Origin: Savitreella phatthalungensis
Taxonomy: Eukaryota
Direction: 5' to 3'
DNA length: 64,000 bases
Assembly (NCBI GenBank): GCA_051599415.1
Contig: AP039696.1
Location: forward strand, 248,001 to 312,000
Under the pieces are notes generated by a model that saw only the letters and a program-made list of their open reading frames with translations, did not search any database and was not told the origin of the DNA. How positions within the stretch are numbered: position 1 is the first letter of the stretch; every line of letters starts with the position of its first letter. Below, in pieces: positions 53,479 to 62,885 of this stretch. The position numbers and the translations under genes were made by a program.

Positions 53479-55755
53479 TCATTCGACGTCGCCGTCATCG
53501 TCATCAGAATCCTCCACAGAGGCGGCCAAAGCGCTGCGCATGGACCGCGTGCTCTTGCGCGAGAAATCGGTGGCGTGTGCCTGAGAGACTGTCGGTTGCT
53601 GTGTCTGGGAGTGTTCGATCCCTTGGTGTGCCTCGACGGGAGCCATGTCTGTTCCAGTGCCAGCGACAAAGTGACTAGCACCGATGGCGAATGGCAGTGG
53701 CAGCTCTCGCGTTGCTCGGTAGTTAATAACATTGGAAACGTGTTCGTTCTCGACTCGAAAAGAAGACCACATGCTGCGTCGCAGGATCTCCACGAGAGCA
53801 ATAAAAAACGACACAGTGGCTGCATGTTGCATGTCGTTCTGAAAGATAACATAAAAAATCCAAGAGCAGCGCAGAACTGGATCGCTGAAGAGGAAGAAGT
53901 AATATGGCCATGTCTCCCGAAATGCCAGTTGATCCCGGAGTAGCCAGTGCTTTGAACCTCGTTGCAGCAATGATGTATCCATGATCAAGTCCCTGAACAC
54001 TGTCAGTCAAGCCGTATTCGATTGCAAGGCTGCACCTTACCAGCCAGATGTAAAACAACTGTTGATACATGCAAACAGGATGAAAAGCGCCCGGTGCGTC
54101 GAGGTACGCTCGATGCGCCATACCGAAAGAAAAGTGTAGGTGAGAATGGTAAAGCTGTATTTTGCGGCATTCAGGGCATGCGGGAACCAGTGGCGAGTAT
54201 CTGGGAAGGTCAGTAGCAGCTTGCGTGCGCGCGATCAACTCTGACCCTTGTATCGCCTCAGAGAATGCAGCAGACGTATAATGCCCGGCAGCGTTGTGAA
54301 GAAGCCAAATAGCCGAGATCGTGACGAGCCGCATTGCAGGAGACCATTCCAGTGCTGTGTATACGTACAGAAGAAGAGAGAGATATTCCCGGCACTGTAA
54401 GTCAAACTGTTGAGGAGATCGCCGAGGAACACGTCCTGAAAGCGGACAGTCACGAGGCCTGATAGCAGCAATCGCAAAATTGCAAAACCTAGCCATTTGC
54501 GCGAAGATCTATGACCGACTTTGAGCGGCAAGAGCAAGAGGGATGCTGTAGCGACAGTGAAGACAACTGGGTACCAAGTTGCGAAGGTCGGGAAAAAGTC
54601 GCTACAGTTCATCCAGAAAAGCAGGGCATAGATGAGCAACAGAATACTGGGCAGTTCGAGGTATTGATACCAAGTCAGGTTATGATTGATGTCGAACTCA
54701 AAGATGAACACGTAGTTGATCTTGGACCTGTCCCACAGGAAGCAATTGACCCCAAATAGCAGACTCGCTAGGAGCAGAAAGAAAAAACCAGCCCAAATCT
54801 GCAGCAGAAACGACCGTGTAAGCCCTGAGCCAAGACTTGCCGAGGCCTCGGACTTGACAATTCCTTCGAGGAGCAGGGGAAGGCTGGCGCCCAAGCACAA
54901 GCCAATGCGCAGAAGGGTGAAGCGCGAGTCCTCCGTTCGCTCGTGCATTCGGAGCGATGTCAATGCGTGCTTTCGGCTCGAGAAGAAGTTGTCCGTGTAG
55001 AGCGTCTCTGTCTCGCGTATGAGATGCTCCGTCTCTTCCGACTGTCCTACGCTGGTTTTGCTGTGGAAATAGTCCAGGTAGGCCGTCTTCAGGGGTATTC
55101 TTGCCGCCTTTTCGAACTTTTTGAGGACTTTCGTTATGGCTGTTTGATTGAGAGCTTGATAGGAAGCCAAGAGCTCAAGCGAGTGATAGAATTCCTTCAT
55201 AGCGAGTCTGATGCGACGACGAACAATTCGATAATTGATAGAAAGCTGCGTTGACGTCGCATTCGGGCTATTATCTCGCAAAGGATAGCGATCAATCAGG
55301 TCACTATCAGCGTATTCGAGTGCTGACCGTATGTCCGCCTTCAAGCGGTCCCAAATCGCAACAATGTGCGCTGATTGCGGCCTCTCCACGACTTCGACGC
55401 TCGTGCGAGCTTGCTTGAATACATCACGCAAATCGCGCATTTCCCTCAGTTGGACACGAATCTCACCGAGCCTTCGGGCCGCGTCTGCTTCTTTCCGACA
55501 GTAGAATTCATCGATGCGCGCCATCTCGCTCTTCAGAAATCCCTCAAAGACTGCCACAGTATTGTGCTCGTCGCCGAACAAAGCTGAGCTCTCATGATTA
55601 TCCAATAGGGTCGACGTCTCCAAAGTGACAGTGTCCCTCGTGTTTGATCTGGACAGTTCGACTCGTTTGATGAGCTTTTTGCCTTTCTTGTAATCGAAAT
55701 AGGCAGATCGCCATTCATTGACAGCTCCGGCATCGAGTTGCTTTGCGAACTTCAT
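53479..55755 (-). CDS. SYG1: SPX-EXS domain protein Syg1 / XPR1 (phosphate exporter family); exons 55755-54246, 54200-54041, 53992-53479
   Basis: SPX start MKFAKQL..EW...YFDYKKGKK and KVLKKFEK. EXS motifs INYVFIFEF, spliced RRYKDTRHWFPHALNAAKY, GWDLIMD and EILRRSMWSSFRVENEH. Introns are 54201-54245 and 53993-54040. Confidence 0.92.
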
Positions 55756-55976
55756 CCCTCAGCGAAGCATGTCCCAATATATACAGTTGCCGGTTTACAG
55801 GACGCGAGCTAGTCGGGCAAGTCGGCTCGCTATAACGCTGAAGGTCTGACGTCTTTTTTCGATCAAAACATTTTGGAAACGAAAACACTCTTGCAGAAAA
55901 GCGGGACAGCATACGTGGTGCACGAGTAGACAATCTTCAGAACGTGAGCCGAGTATGACAGAATGGTGAGGCGGTG

Positions 55977-57635
55977 ATGACGCCGGCTGATGGAACCGCC
56001 TCGTCAAGCTCGTCGGATTGCGACGATGGAGTAGTCGCGACGCCAAGACTGGTCAAAGATGTCACCTTGACCCTCGAACGTACGCGTTTAGAGATTCAGT
56101 CTCGTGCTCGTGAGCATCGGCAAAGCGCCATCGGCATGACATTACCTGCAGAGGTGCTCTTGGAATGTTTCGGAAAATTGGACAACCCAAGCGACTTGTT
56201 CGCGGCTGCACTAACGTGTCGGGCCTGGGCATCATGCTGCGTCGAACTCTTATGGGCACGTCCCGCTCTTTCGTCTATGCTGTCAGTCGCACGGCTGACC
56301 AAGGCACTTGCGACATCGGATGTATCATATGACTACTCAACTTTCGTGCGCCGGGTCAACGTTGCTCATCTTCATGGGGCGTTCGGTGATGCTGCTTTGA
56401 CTGGATTTTTGCCATGCTCACGCTTAGAACGCCTGGTGCTTGCTGGATGTTCACAGGTATCGGAATCGACTTTGTGTCAGCTTATAGAGAACAATCGCGA
56501 TTTGGTCAGCCTAGACGTTTCTGATCTTCTACAGATTACAGATCGCCTCTTGATCTGCCTTTCACAGTCCTCGGCCAACTTACAGGGCCTGAATTTGTCG
56601 GGATGCCCCAGCATAACGGATGACGCAGTCATACTCGTTGCTAATCACTGTCCAGAACTGCGAAGAATCAAGCTGAGTCGATGTGTCGCAATCGCTGATC
56701 GTGCAATTGATGCATTAGCACAAAGCTCCCGCAATCTACTCGAACTCGACATTGAGGCATGCTTAGCGGTAACGCCTGGTGCTGTCTGCAGATTGCTCTC
56801 ATGCTGCAAGCAGCTTCGAGATCTTAAGCTGAGTCAGTGTACTCAGGTCACGGATCTATGCTTCACTTCATTCCCTCGAGAATCACTGGCCTCGCTGCGA
56901 ATGATTGATGTCACGGGCTGTTCACGCTTAACAGACATGGCTGTCTACCATATCGTCACTGCCGCGCCAAAGCTTCGCTCCCTGGCGTTCACTCGCTGTG
57001 TCAACTTGACTGACCGTGGAGTCGTGCAGATCTCACGGCTAGGGAAGTATCTGCATCATCTCCATCTCGGACACTGCAGCAATTTGACCGACAGAAGCAT
57101 CACATTTCTTGTGCGTTATTGTTCGAGACTGAGATATATCGACCTGGCTTGTTGCTACAATCTTTCTGATGTGACGGTGACAAGTCTCGGCTCCCTGGCT
57201 CGCGTCAAGCGCATCGGGCTCGTCAAATGTGCGCATGTCACGAACGAAAGCATCATTTCACTTGCGAGTAAGCCCTTAATTCAAGCCTCGCTGGAACGCA
57301 TACACCTTTCATATTGCACAAATTTGACTCTGGAGTCGATTGCAATTCTGCTCAATGCTTGTCCGCAGTTGACCCATATCTCATTGACCGGCGTCCTCGA
57401 CTTCCTCCGTCACGACCTGATACAATTCTGCCGACCCGCTCCGCGCGATTTCAATGTAAATCAAGCCGCTGTCTTTTGCGTCTTTTCCGGGCCTGGTGTT
57501 GGCCGCCTCCGAGCCTATCTCAATGCGGGTGGCGCTATAGCCGACGATTCCGGGCGCAGAAGACCAGCTGAAGCGGGAGCGCGGATCGTTCTCCGCGATA
57601 TGCTCGAAGCGGACGATGATGATGTTGATGATTAG
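55977..57635 (+). CDS. GRR1: F-box / leucine-rich-repeat SCF substrate adaptor Grr1 (Pof2-like)
   Basis: F-box LPAEVLLECF...CRAWASCCVELLW, then LRRs (LHLGHCSNLTD, RLRYIDLACC, RIGLVKC, LERIHLSYC) and FCVFSG. ATG is at 55977. Confidence 0.93.
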   Translation: MTPADGTASSSSSDCDDGVVATPRLVKDVTLTLERTRLEIQSRAREHRQSAIGMTLPAEVLLECFGKLDNPSDLFAAALTCRAWASCCVELLWARPALSSMLSVARLTKALATSDVSYDYSTFVRRVNVAHLHGAFGDAALTGFLPCSRLERLVLAGCSQVSESTLCQLIENNRDLVSLDVSDLLQITDRLLICLSQSSANLQGLNLSGCPSITDDAVILVANHCPELRRIKLSRCVAIADRAIDALAQSSRNLLELDIEACLAVTPGAVCRLLSCCKQLRDLKLSQCTQVTDLCFTSFPRESLASLRMIDVTGCSRLTDMAVYHIVTAAPKLRSLAFTRCVNLTDRGVVQISRLGKYLHHLHLGHCSNLTDRSITFLVRYCSRLRYIDLACCYNLSDVTVTSLGSLARVKRIGLVKCAHVTNESIISLASKPLIQASLERIHLSYCTNLTLESIAILLNACPQLTHISLTGVLDFLRHDLIQFCRPAPRDFNVNQAAVFCVFSGPGVGRLRAYLNAGGAIADDSGRRRPAEAGARIVLRDMLEADDDDVDD

Positions 57636-57902
57636 GAGGTCATCAGACAGCGAATCGAAAATTCAGTAGATTCCACCCTCACGAGCCAATATACGAATGA
57701 GATGTAGAAGAAGCGTAATGATATGGGGTAGCATCGACTGCAGAGCAATAAAGAATGGAGTTTGGGTCACGCAGAGCATTTGAGTGCCGGGCTCGTAGGC
57801 TCGTGCATATGGATTTCCAAATTTACCCATACACACATGTGATCTCAAGATGGCGTCGTGACAAGCGCGTGCAACTCAGCCCAAGCGATTAAAGCGCGCG
57901 CC

Positions 57903-59717
57903 ATGCCCTGCCTGCCGGCGAAGAAACACGAGCGGCTCGTTCTGGCCGTCTATCCGCGAGGCAAGGCAGCGGTTCCCAGGCCAAATAACTCAGAGCTTCA
58001 ATACTTGACTTACTACGCTTCCAGCCGACCCAAGAAACTGGTAAAGGTTGGGCATTATCTCGCCAATAAGAACAGCAAAGACATCTATTGGCAGCGTCAA
58101 GCGGATGTACTCGTCACCAACGAAATATGCGCAGCGCTCATCGAGAAATGCCATGCGAACCTCAATCTATTTGCTCACCAAGTGCTACAGATCATCCACG
58201 AAACACTTGCGACCCGAGAAGGTATGCAGATTGAGCGCGCCTGCTTCGCATTCTCAACGCTCTGCCACTTTCACGATGGCTCCGGCTTCGAGTCTGAACA
58301 GCTTTTCAGTGTCTATCTCGATACTCTTCGGCAGCTTGCAGATCTCTCGAAATCCTCCGAAGGCACAACGCTCATTAATGTATTGCAGGCTATCAATGTC
58401 TCTTCCACGGGAAGTGCGCTTTATATTGCGCGTCTGCGCGATCAACTTGAGATCGTCATCGGCTCGTGCCTTGTGCAGCTCACAAACGTCTCGCCTGCTG
58501 CTGTCGCAGGTCGACTACGAGCCGAGCCTCATCGGCGTGGTGAGTCTATTGCAGATATACGGCTAGGGCGACCTTCGGTCGACACAGTTCCACAGAACAG
58601 CTCAGAGCGCGTCGCTCTCGCGACTCTGCGTCAAATTTTCGACTCAAATTCGCCCTACCAGGTGAGCGTGGCTACGGAAACCCTCTTGGAACTTCAGCCG
58701 GACGATGATGCTTGGTTAAGCTCCCTGTTGCAGACGCTGCTCGAGTGTACGCCGATCAATCTGCGCTTTCACGTCGTTGGCGCGTGTCTCTCCTCGGCCA
58801 CAAACGTCTCGCGCTCATTCGCTCTCGCACAAGCCCTGCTCGGTGCACGGGTCAGCCTTGTTGGACTCTCTGTGATCGACGTTCTGGAGAGCCTCACCCT
58901 GCTTTTAATTGATGACGATGGATCGCATACTAGCGACTTTGTCGAGACCGTCAAGCTGCTGGCAAGCCATGCTTACTACAAAAATCAGATCAGCGACGTG
59001 TGTGGTGCGCTCCTCGCTCGCGTAGGGCCCAATCTTGACGGGCCGCATGCCCTCGCCCTGGACGTCGTCCTGTCGACAGCGAAAGGGAAAGTGCCTTTAT
59101 CGGCTTTCTCTGCGAGCTTGTCTGGTCTTGCTTACAAGGACGAATCCACGCAAAGGACGTCTGCTACACTGCTCGACAGGCATCGGAGCAGAATTACTGC
59201 CGATAGCGTTGCTCTTCGAGGATTTATCGATTCGATCTACCGGCTCGGTGTCACAGGCAGCAGTATGACTGAGATGTTGGGGATCATTGCGCTGCCGTGG
59301 CTCGATGGTCCGAGTGCAGTCCTAATGCTACAAATGTTATGTGGATTGGAGAAAGAGCAACCGAATATTGCGCGAGCACTGATGCGAGAATTCGCTCGCC
59401 AACAGAAATTGGAGTTGGAGAATGACGGCGTTGGTTCGGACATGAGCGCAGCGTTTGCCGCCAAGCTTGGAATATCTCTTGAAGAAGGCGCGGATTTGGC
59501 CTGGGAACGAGGACTCGATTCAAGCAATCGGAGCATTTCATCGAGTGTGCTACGTCCGGATCTCGAAGACCCCAGCAGTTCGCGGCGCGCAGCCATGCCA
59601 GTATCGCAGGTGGCGAACCTACGGAATGCATTTACCGGCGGGCACCGAAAAGTCGAGACTGCGGCTCAGCCCGTATCGATCGAACGTCTATTTGGCGATG
59701 TCTCGGCGAATGCTTGA
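57903..59717 (+). CDS. EFR3: Efr3 (PI4-kinase plasma-membrane scaffold)
   Basis: N-terminal MPC..KHERLVLAVYP...PNNSELQYLTYYASSRPKKLVKVG, then LVGLSVIDVL and HAYYKNQISD. ATG is at 57903. Confidence 0.88.
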   Translation: MPCLPAKKHERLVLAVYPRGKAAVPRPNNSELQYLTYYASSRPKKLVKVGHYLANKNSKDIYWQRQADVLVTNEICAALIEKCHANLNLFAHQVLQIIHETLATREGMQIERACFAFSTLCHFHDGSGFESEQLFSVYLDTLRQLADLSKSSEGTTLINVLQAINVSSTGSALYIARLRDQLEIVIGSCLVQLTNVSPAAVAGRLRAEPHRRGESIADIRLGRPSVDTVPQNSSERVALATLRQIFDSNSPYQVSVATETLLELQPDDDAWLSSLLQTLLECTPINLRFHVVGACLSSATNVSRSFALAQALLGARVSLVGLSVIDVLESLTLLLIDDDGSHTSDFVETVKLLASHAYYKNQISDVCGALLARVGPNLDGPHALALDVVLSTAKGKVPLSAFSASLSGLAYKDESTQRTSATLLDRHRSRITADSVALRGFIDSIYRLGVTGSSMTEMLGIIALPWLDGPSAVLMLQMLCGLEKEQPNIARALMREFARQQKLELENDGVGSDMSAAFAAKLGISLEEGADLAWERGLDSSNRSISSSVLRPDLEDPSSSRRAAMPVSQVANLRNAFTGGHRKVETAAQPVSIERLFGDVSANA

Positions 59718-59721
59718 GCGT

Positions 59722-60201
59722 TCAAATCATGAGCTTCCATTTATGTTCATCCGCCGAGGGCGGACTGTCTAGCTGCGTGGGGTCATGGGTCTTCCGGCAA
59801 ATCCATTGATGTCCATCGTGTTGAACGACATCGTTTCGAGCGTAGTGTCGATCAGCAGTCCAGGCGCTGGCAGGTCGTCCGACATGCTTAGGTTTGTGCG
59901 CCGATTTGAGTGTGTACGGACATGACCACATGCCACCATAGCGATATCCGGAGCTGACTCCATCCACTTTGCCCCCACTAATCTTCTGCCAGCAGCCCGT
60001 GGTACACAGCATCCGCCAGGGCTCACACTCGCCCGTCCGGCAACGCACCAGGACTTCTCGCGGCTGGTCGCATGCTTCGCAATGTTTCAAATGTCTACCG
60101 ATCTCAGCATCATCAAGCTGTCTCAAAGCTCGCTTCTGCGCTTTCACAGCCTTTTTGTGAGCCTTTCGCAAGCCCTTCGACTCTTCTTCTTCACCGCGCA
60201 T
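59722..60201 (-). CDS. Small hypothetical protein: Cys-rich putative Zn-binding module plus C-terminal CBM5/12-like module
   Basis: CEAC...VLVRC....W..LC...CW..ISGG..DG....YRYGGMW, followed by AW....HY...DVVQHDGHQWICRKTH...PP....W. First ATG is at 60201; the frame is open to 60261. Confidence 0.65.
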   Translation of the reverse strand: MRGEEEESKGLRKAHKKAVKAQKRALRQLDDAEIGRHLKHCEACDQPREVLVRCRTGECEPWRMLCTTGCWQKISGGKVDGVSSGYRYGGMWSCPYTLKSAHKPKHVGRPASAWTADRHYARNDVVQHDGHQWICRKTHDPTQLDSPPSADEHKWKLMI

Positions 60202-60694
60202 TCTTTTTGCTTGTATCGGTGATGTCACGCTCGACCTTAAATTAATGTGGCCCAACATCAACTGTACTCGGAAAGTAAGACGGATTCAAAATGCAGATCT
60301 GTTCGCATGCACGACAAATAATACCAAATCTTAGCTGCTTGAGGGCTCCAAGGAATAGCATCACCAGGCGATTGCCTCCCGAGCTCAGTCTTGAGCGCAA
60401 TGAGAGCGCCACAGAGGCGCTAGTAGGGCTAACGAGCCGTCCTGTGAGGGGCCCTAGGAGCTGGGCGCTTGTTGGAACGCTTCGACCGGCAGTTAGGAAA
60501 GTAGGGCTGCCTCCGGTGGACCAGCTTGTATGACTTACTCTGGACCACCACGCTAACCAGATAGCCATCAATCCAGATTCTTGAAGACAGTGAGTGTACA
60601 CTGGGCCGACATAGCCATTACGTCTGGAGGAGACCATAGCATTTGTGGCCCCTCTCAAGAGGTATTGTTCCTATTTGAAACGGCTGTCACCTAC

Positions 60695-60975
60695 CATCCT
60701 GTCATTCGGCAACCTTGTATACAATTGTACACGCCATCGATCCCATAGTCATTTAGCCCTATGACATGACAATATTGTATTCCTGCACTGGACTTGTCAA
60801 CCAGGTATAGCTCTGTGCCAGATGCTGTTGATATCTGGCACACTGTTCTTGAGCAGTGCGCTATGTCCTCTCATGTCTGTCTCTAGTGCCGTGTCAGCCA
60901 AATTGAGGCACGTATCAGCCATAGTACTTGTAAAGATTGGGTCAAGTCAGTGACCACAAACTCTTGTAGTCTCCT
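60695..60975 (-). repeat. Degenerate dispersed repeat, copy A (approximate ends)
   Basis: 60915-60937 matches the reverse complement of 61242-61264 at 22/23 nt. gatatctggcacactgtt (60830-60847) matches copy D at 62560-62577. Confidence 0.7.
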
Positions 60976-61094
60976 ACGACTGATCTCCGCTATCTCCTAG
61001 GAGCCCAACGTCTCAGAAGTAGTATTGAGTGATTGTAGAGGCGACAACAACGTGTGAAAGTTTTATACGAGCAGCCAGGGCAACTAGACCAGAC

Positions 61095-61430
61095 TTATGT
61101 CGCGTAGAACAGTCGCAGAAACTGAGAGCAAAAAACAACGCGATATGACAACACAAGTCGAAGTTCACAAAAGGCACATATGACGCATACAGCACAAACA
61201 GGCACAAAGAACTTCAGAGCATGGGACTTCTACCTTGACTGATCTTTACAAGTGCTATGGCTGACAGATGGTCTTCTCGGCTGACATGGCAGTCTGTATG
61301 ACTATAGACAGGCACGAGAGGATGCAGGAGACTATTCATGGACAGCGTGCAAGATATCGATAAAACCTGGCACAGTACAATACTGATTCGACAGCCTCGG
61401 TACAGGATCACGGTCTTGTCATACTGGCAC
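61095..61430 (+). repeat. Degenerate dispersed repeat, copy B (approximate ends)
   Basis: Core gacagcgtgcaagatatc at 61341-61358. It is inverted relative to copy A and colinear with copy C (agtcgcagaaactgagagc vs aatcgcaggacccaagagc). Confidence 0.7.
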
Positions 61431-61849
61431 GCACTCCTGAAATCGATCAATCGCGCCCAACATCTGCCGCTTTTGCAGTACTATTCACCGAGTGGCGCCG
61501 TAAATTGTTTTGGACGGGAAATTGTCCTTATTTGACAGATTTTGAGGAAATTTACAATGTTAATTGATTTGTAGAACACCTCAGCTCAGAAGCTATTTGC
61601 TTATGCAGTACTGTGAACTAAACGTACAGCTACTGTTGTAGCGCCTGAACATGTCATTGGTGAGATCCAATTTTTGCCTCGATTGGCACAAAACACGCCT
61701 GATCTGTACGTGTAAATGAGGCTTTGGGTAGGCGGCGCAAGATCCAGGACCCAAAAAGGATGCAAGTGTCACGCCTGGCCTGTTCTGCAGATGACGGTCG
61801 CTGTACCCGAGAACAACAGACGAAGCGGCACGGAGTCGATTTAGACGAT

Positions 61850-62270
61850 ACAGTAAGACACACTTTGTGGCGGAGGATAATCGCAGGACCCAAGAGCGAC
61901 GGACGGAGCGACACATACACGAAATAACACAAGAGGATCAAAACGGAGTCCACCGAAGGACACGGACAGACACACACAATTACACACAGACATGGAGGGA
62001 CTACAGGAAGCGATCTAGGCGGTGGTCCTAATTGTGCTATGACTGCTGAGATGGCGGGTTGGCTTAAGTACAAGAAAATGCGGCACGCCAGATAGAGAAG
62101 GTGTGCAAGGTATCACTAACACCAGGCTCTAGAACAGAACAATACTATTTGACAACTCCATATGGGACTACTCTCTTGTCATACATAGAGCGAGTGATTG
62201 CGGAAGTGATAGCGTTGAGTACGGAGTGCATACGATCGATCCGGAAGACCTAGCGGAAGTGACACACTCG
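61850..62270 (+). repeat. Degenerate dispersed repeat, copy C (left arm of the C/D inverted repeat; weak similarity extends to ~61700)
   Basis: Two 16/16 inverted matches: 61941-61956 vs 62738-62753 and 62139-62154 vs 62520-62535, with colinear similarity between them. Confidence 0.85.
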
Positions 62271-62409
62271 AAAGCTCACAGAGGCTCAAGCGCTACAAAT
62301 AGTCACGATAGACTACAAGATATTGAGGCTACTGACTGAACTCAATCTATGCAAATGCTACCGATTTGGTGTGATTAGACTGATACTTTAGGAAACAATC
62401 AAATGACAT

Positions 62410-62885
62410 TGTTGCGACCACTCTGTGAACCGGTCAGATCGTATATGGTTTGTACACAACGCCGTCACTTCTGCAACCACTCTGTCTATGTATGACACAA
62501 TAGTAACCCCGTATGGAGCTGTCAAATAGTATTGTCCTGTGCTAGGTCCTGGTATTGGTGATATCTGGCACGCTGTCTCCATATGGCGTGTTGCATCCTC
62601 TTGTACCCCCCTACCAACCTGCCAGGTCAGCAGAGTTGTGGTATGTATCAGTTATAGCATGGTCAGTGTCACCGCTTAAACCGTCTCTTGTAGTCCCTCT
62701 GTGTCTGTTTGTGCTCGTTCGTGTCTCTCCGTGTTCCTCGGTGGACTCCGTTTGGATCCTCCTGTGTCGTCTTTCTTGTGTCCGTGTCGCTTCGTCCATC
62801 GCTCTCGGGTCCTGCGGCCGTCCTCCGCGACACTCTCAGGTCCTGCGATCGTCCTCCGCGCGATGTGTCTTGAGCATCACTTGTA
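62410..62885 (-). repeat. Degenerate dispersed repeat, copy D (right arm of the C/D inverted repeat; weak similarity extends to ~63000)
   Basis: Reverse complement of copy C over more than 400 bp. It carries an internal ~22-bp duplication (62809-62830 / 62840-62861). Confidence 0.85.

Noticed and set aside
2225..59717. Apparent cluster of trafficking genes (APL4, Ark1-like kinase, arrestin, PAL1, EFR3)
   Set aside because: They are interspersed with unrelated housekeeping genes and belong to a large functional class, so chance is a sufficient explanation.
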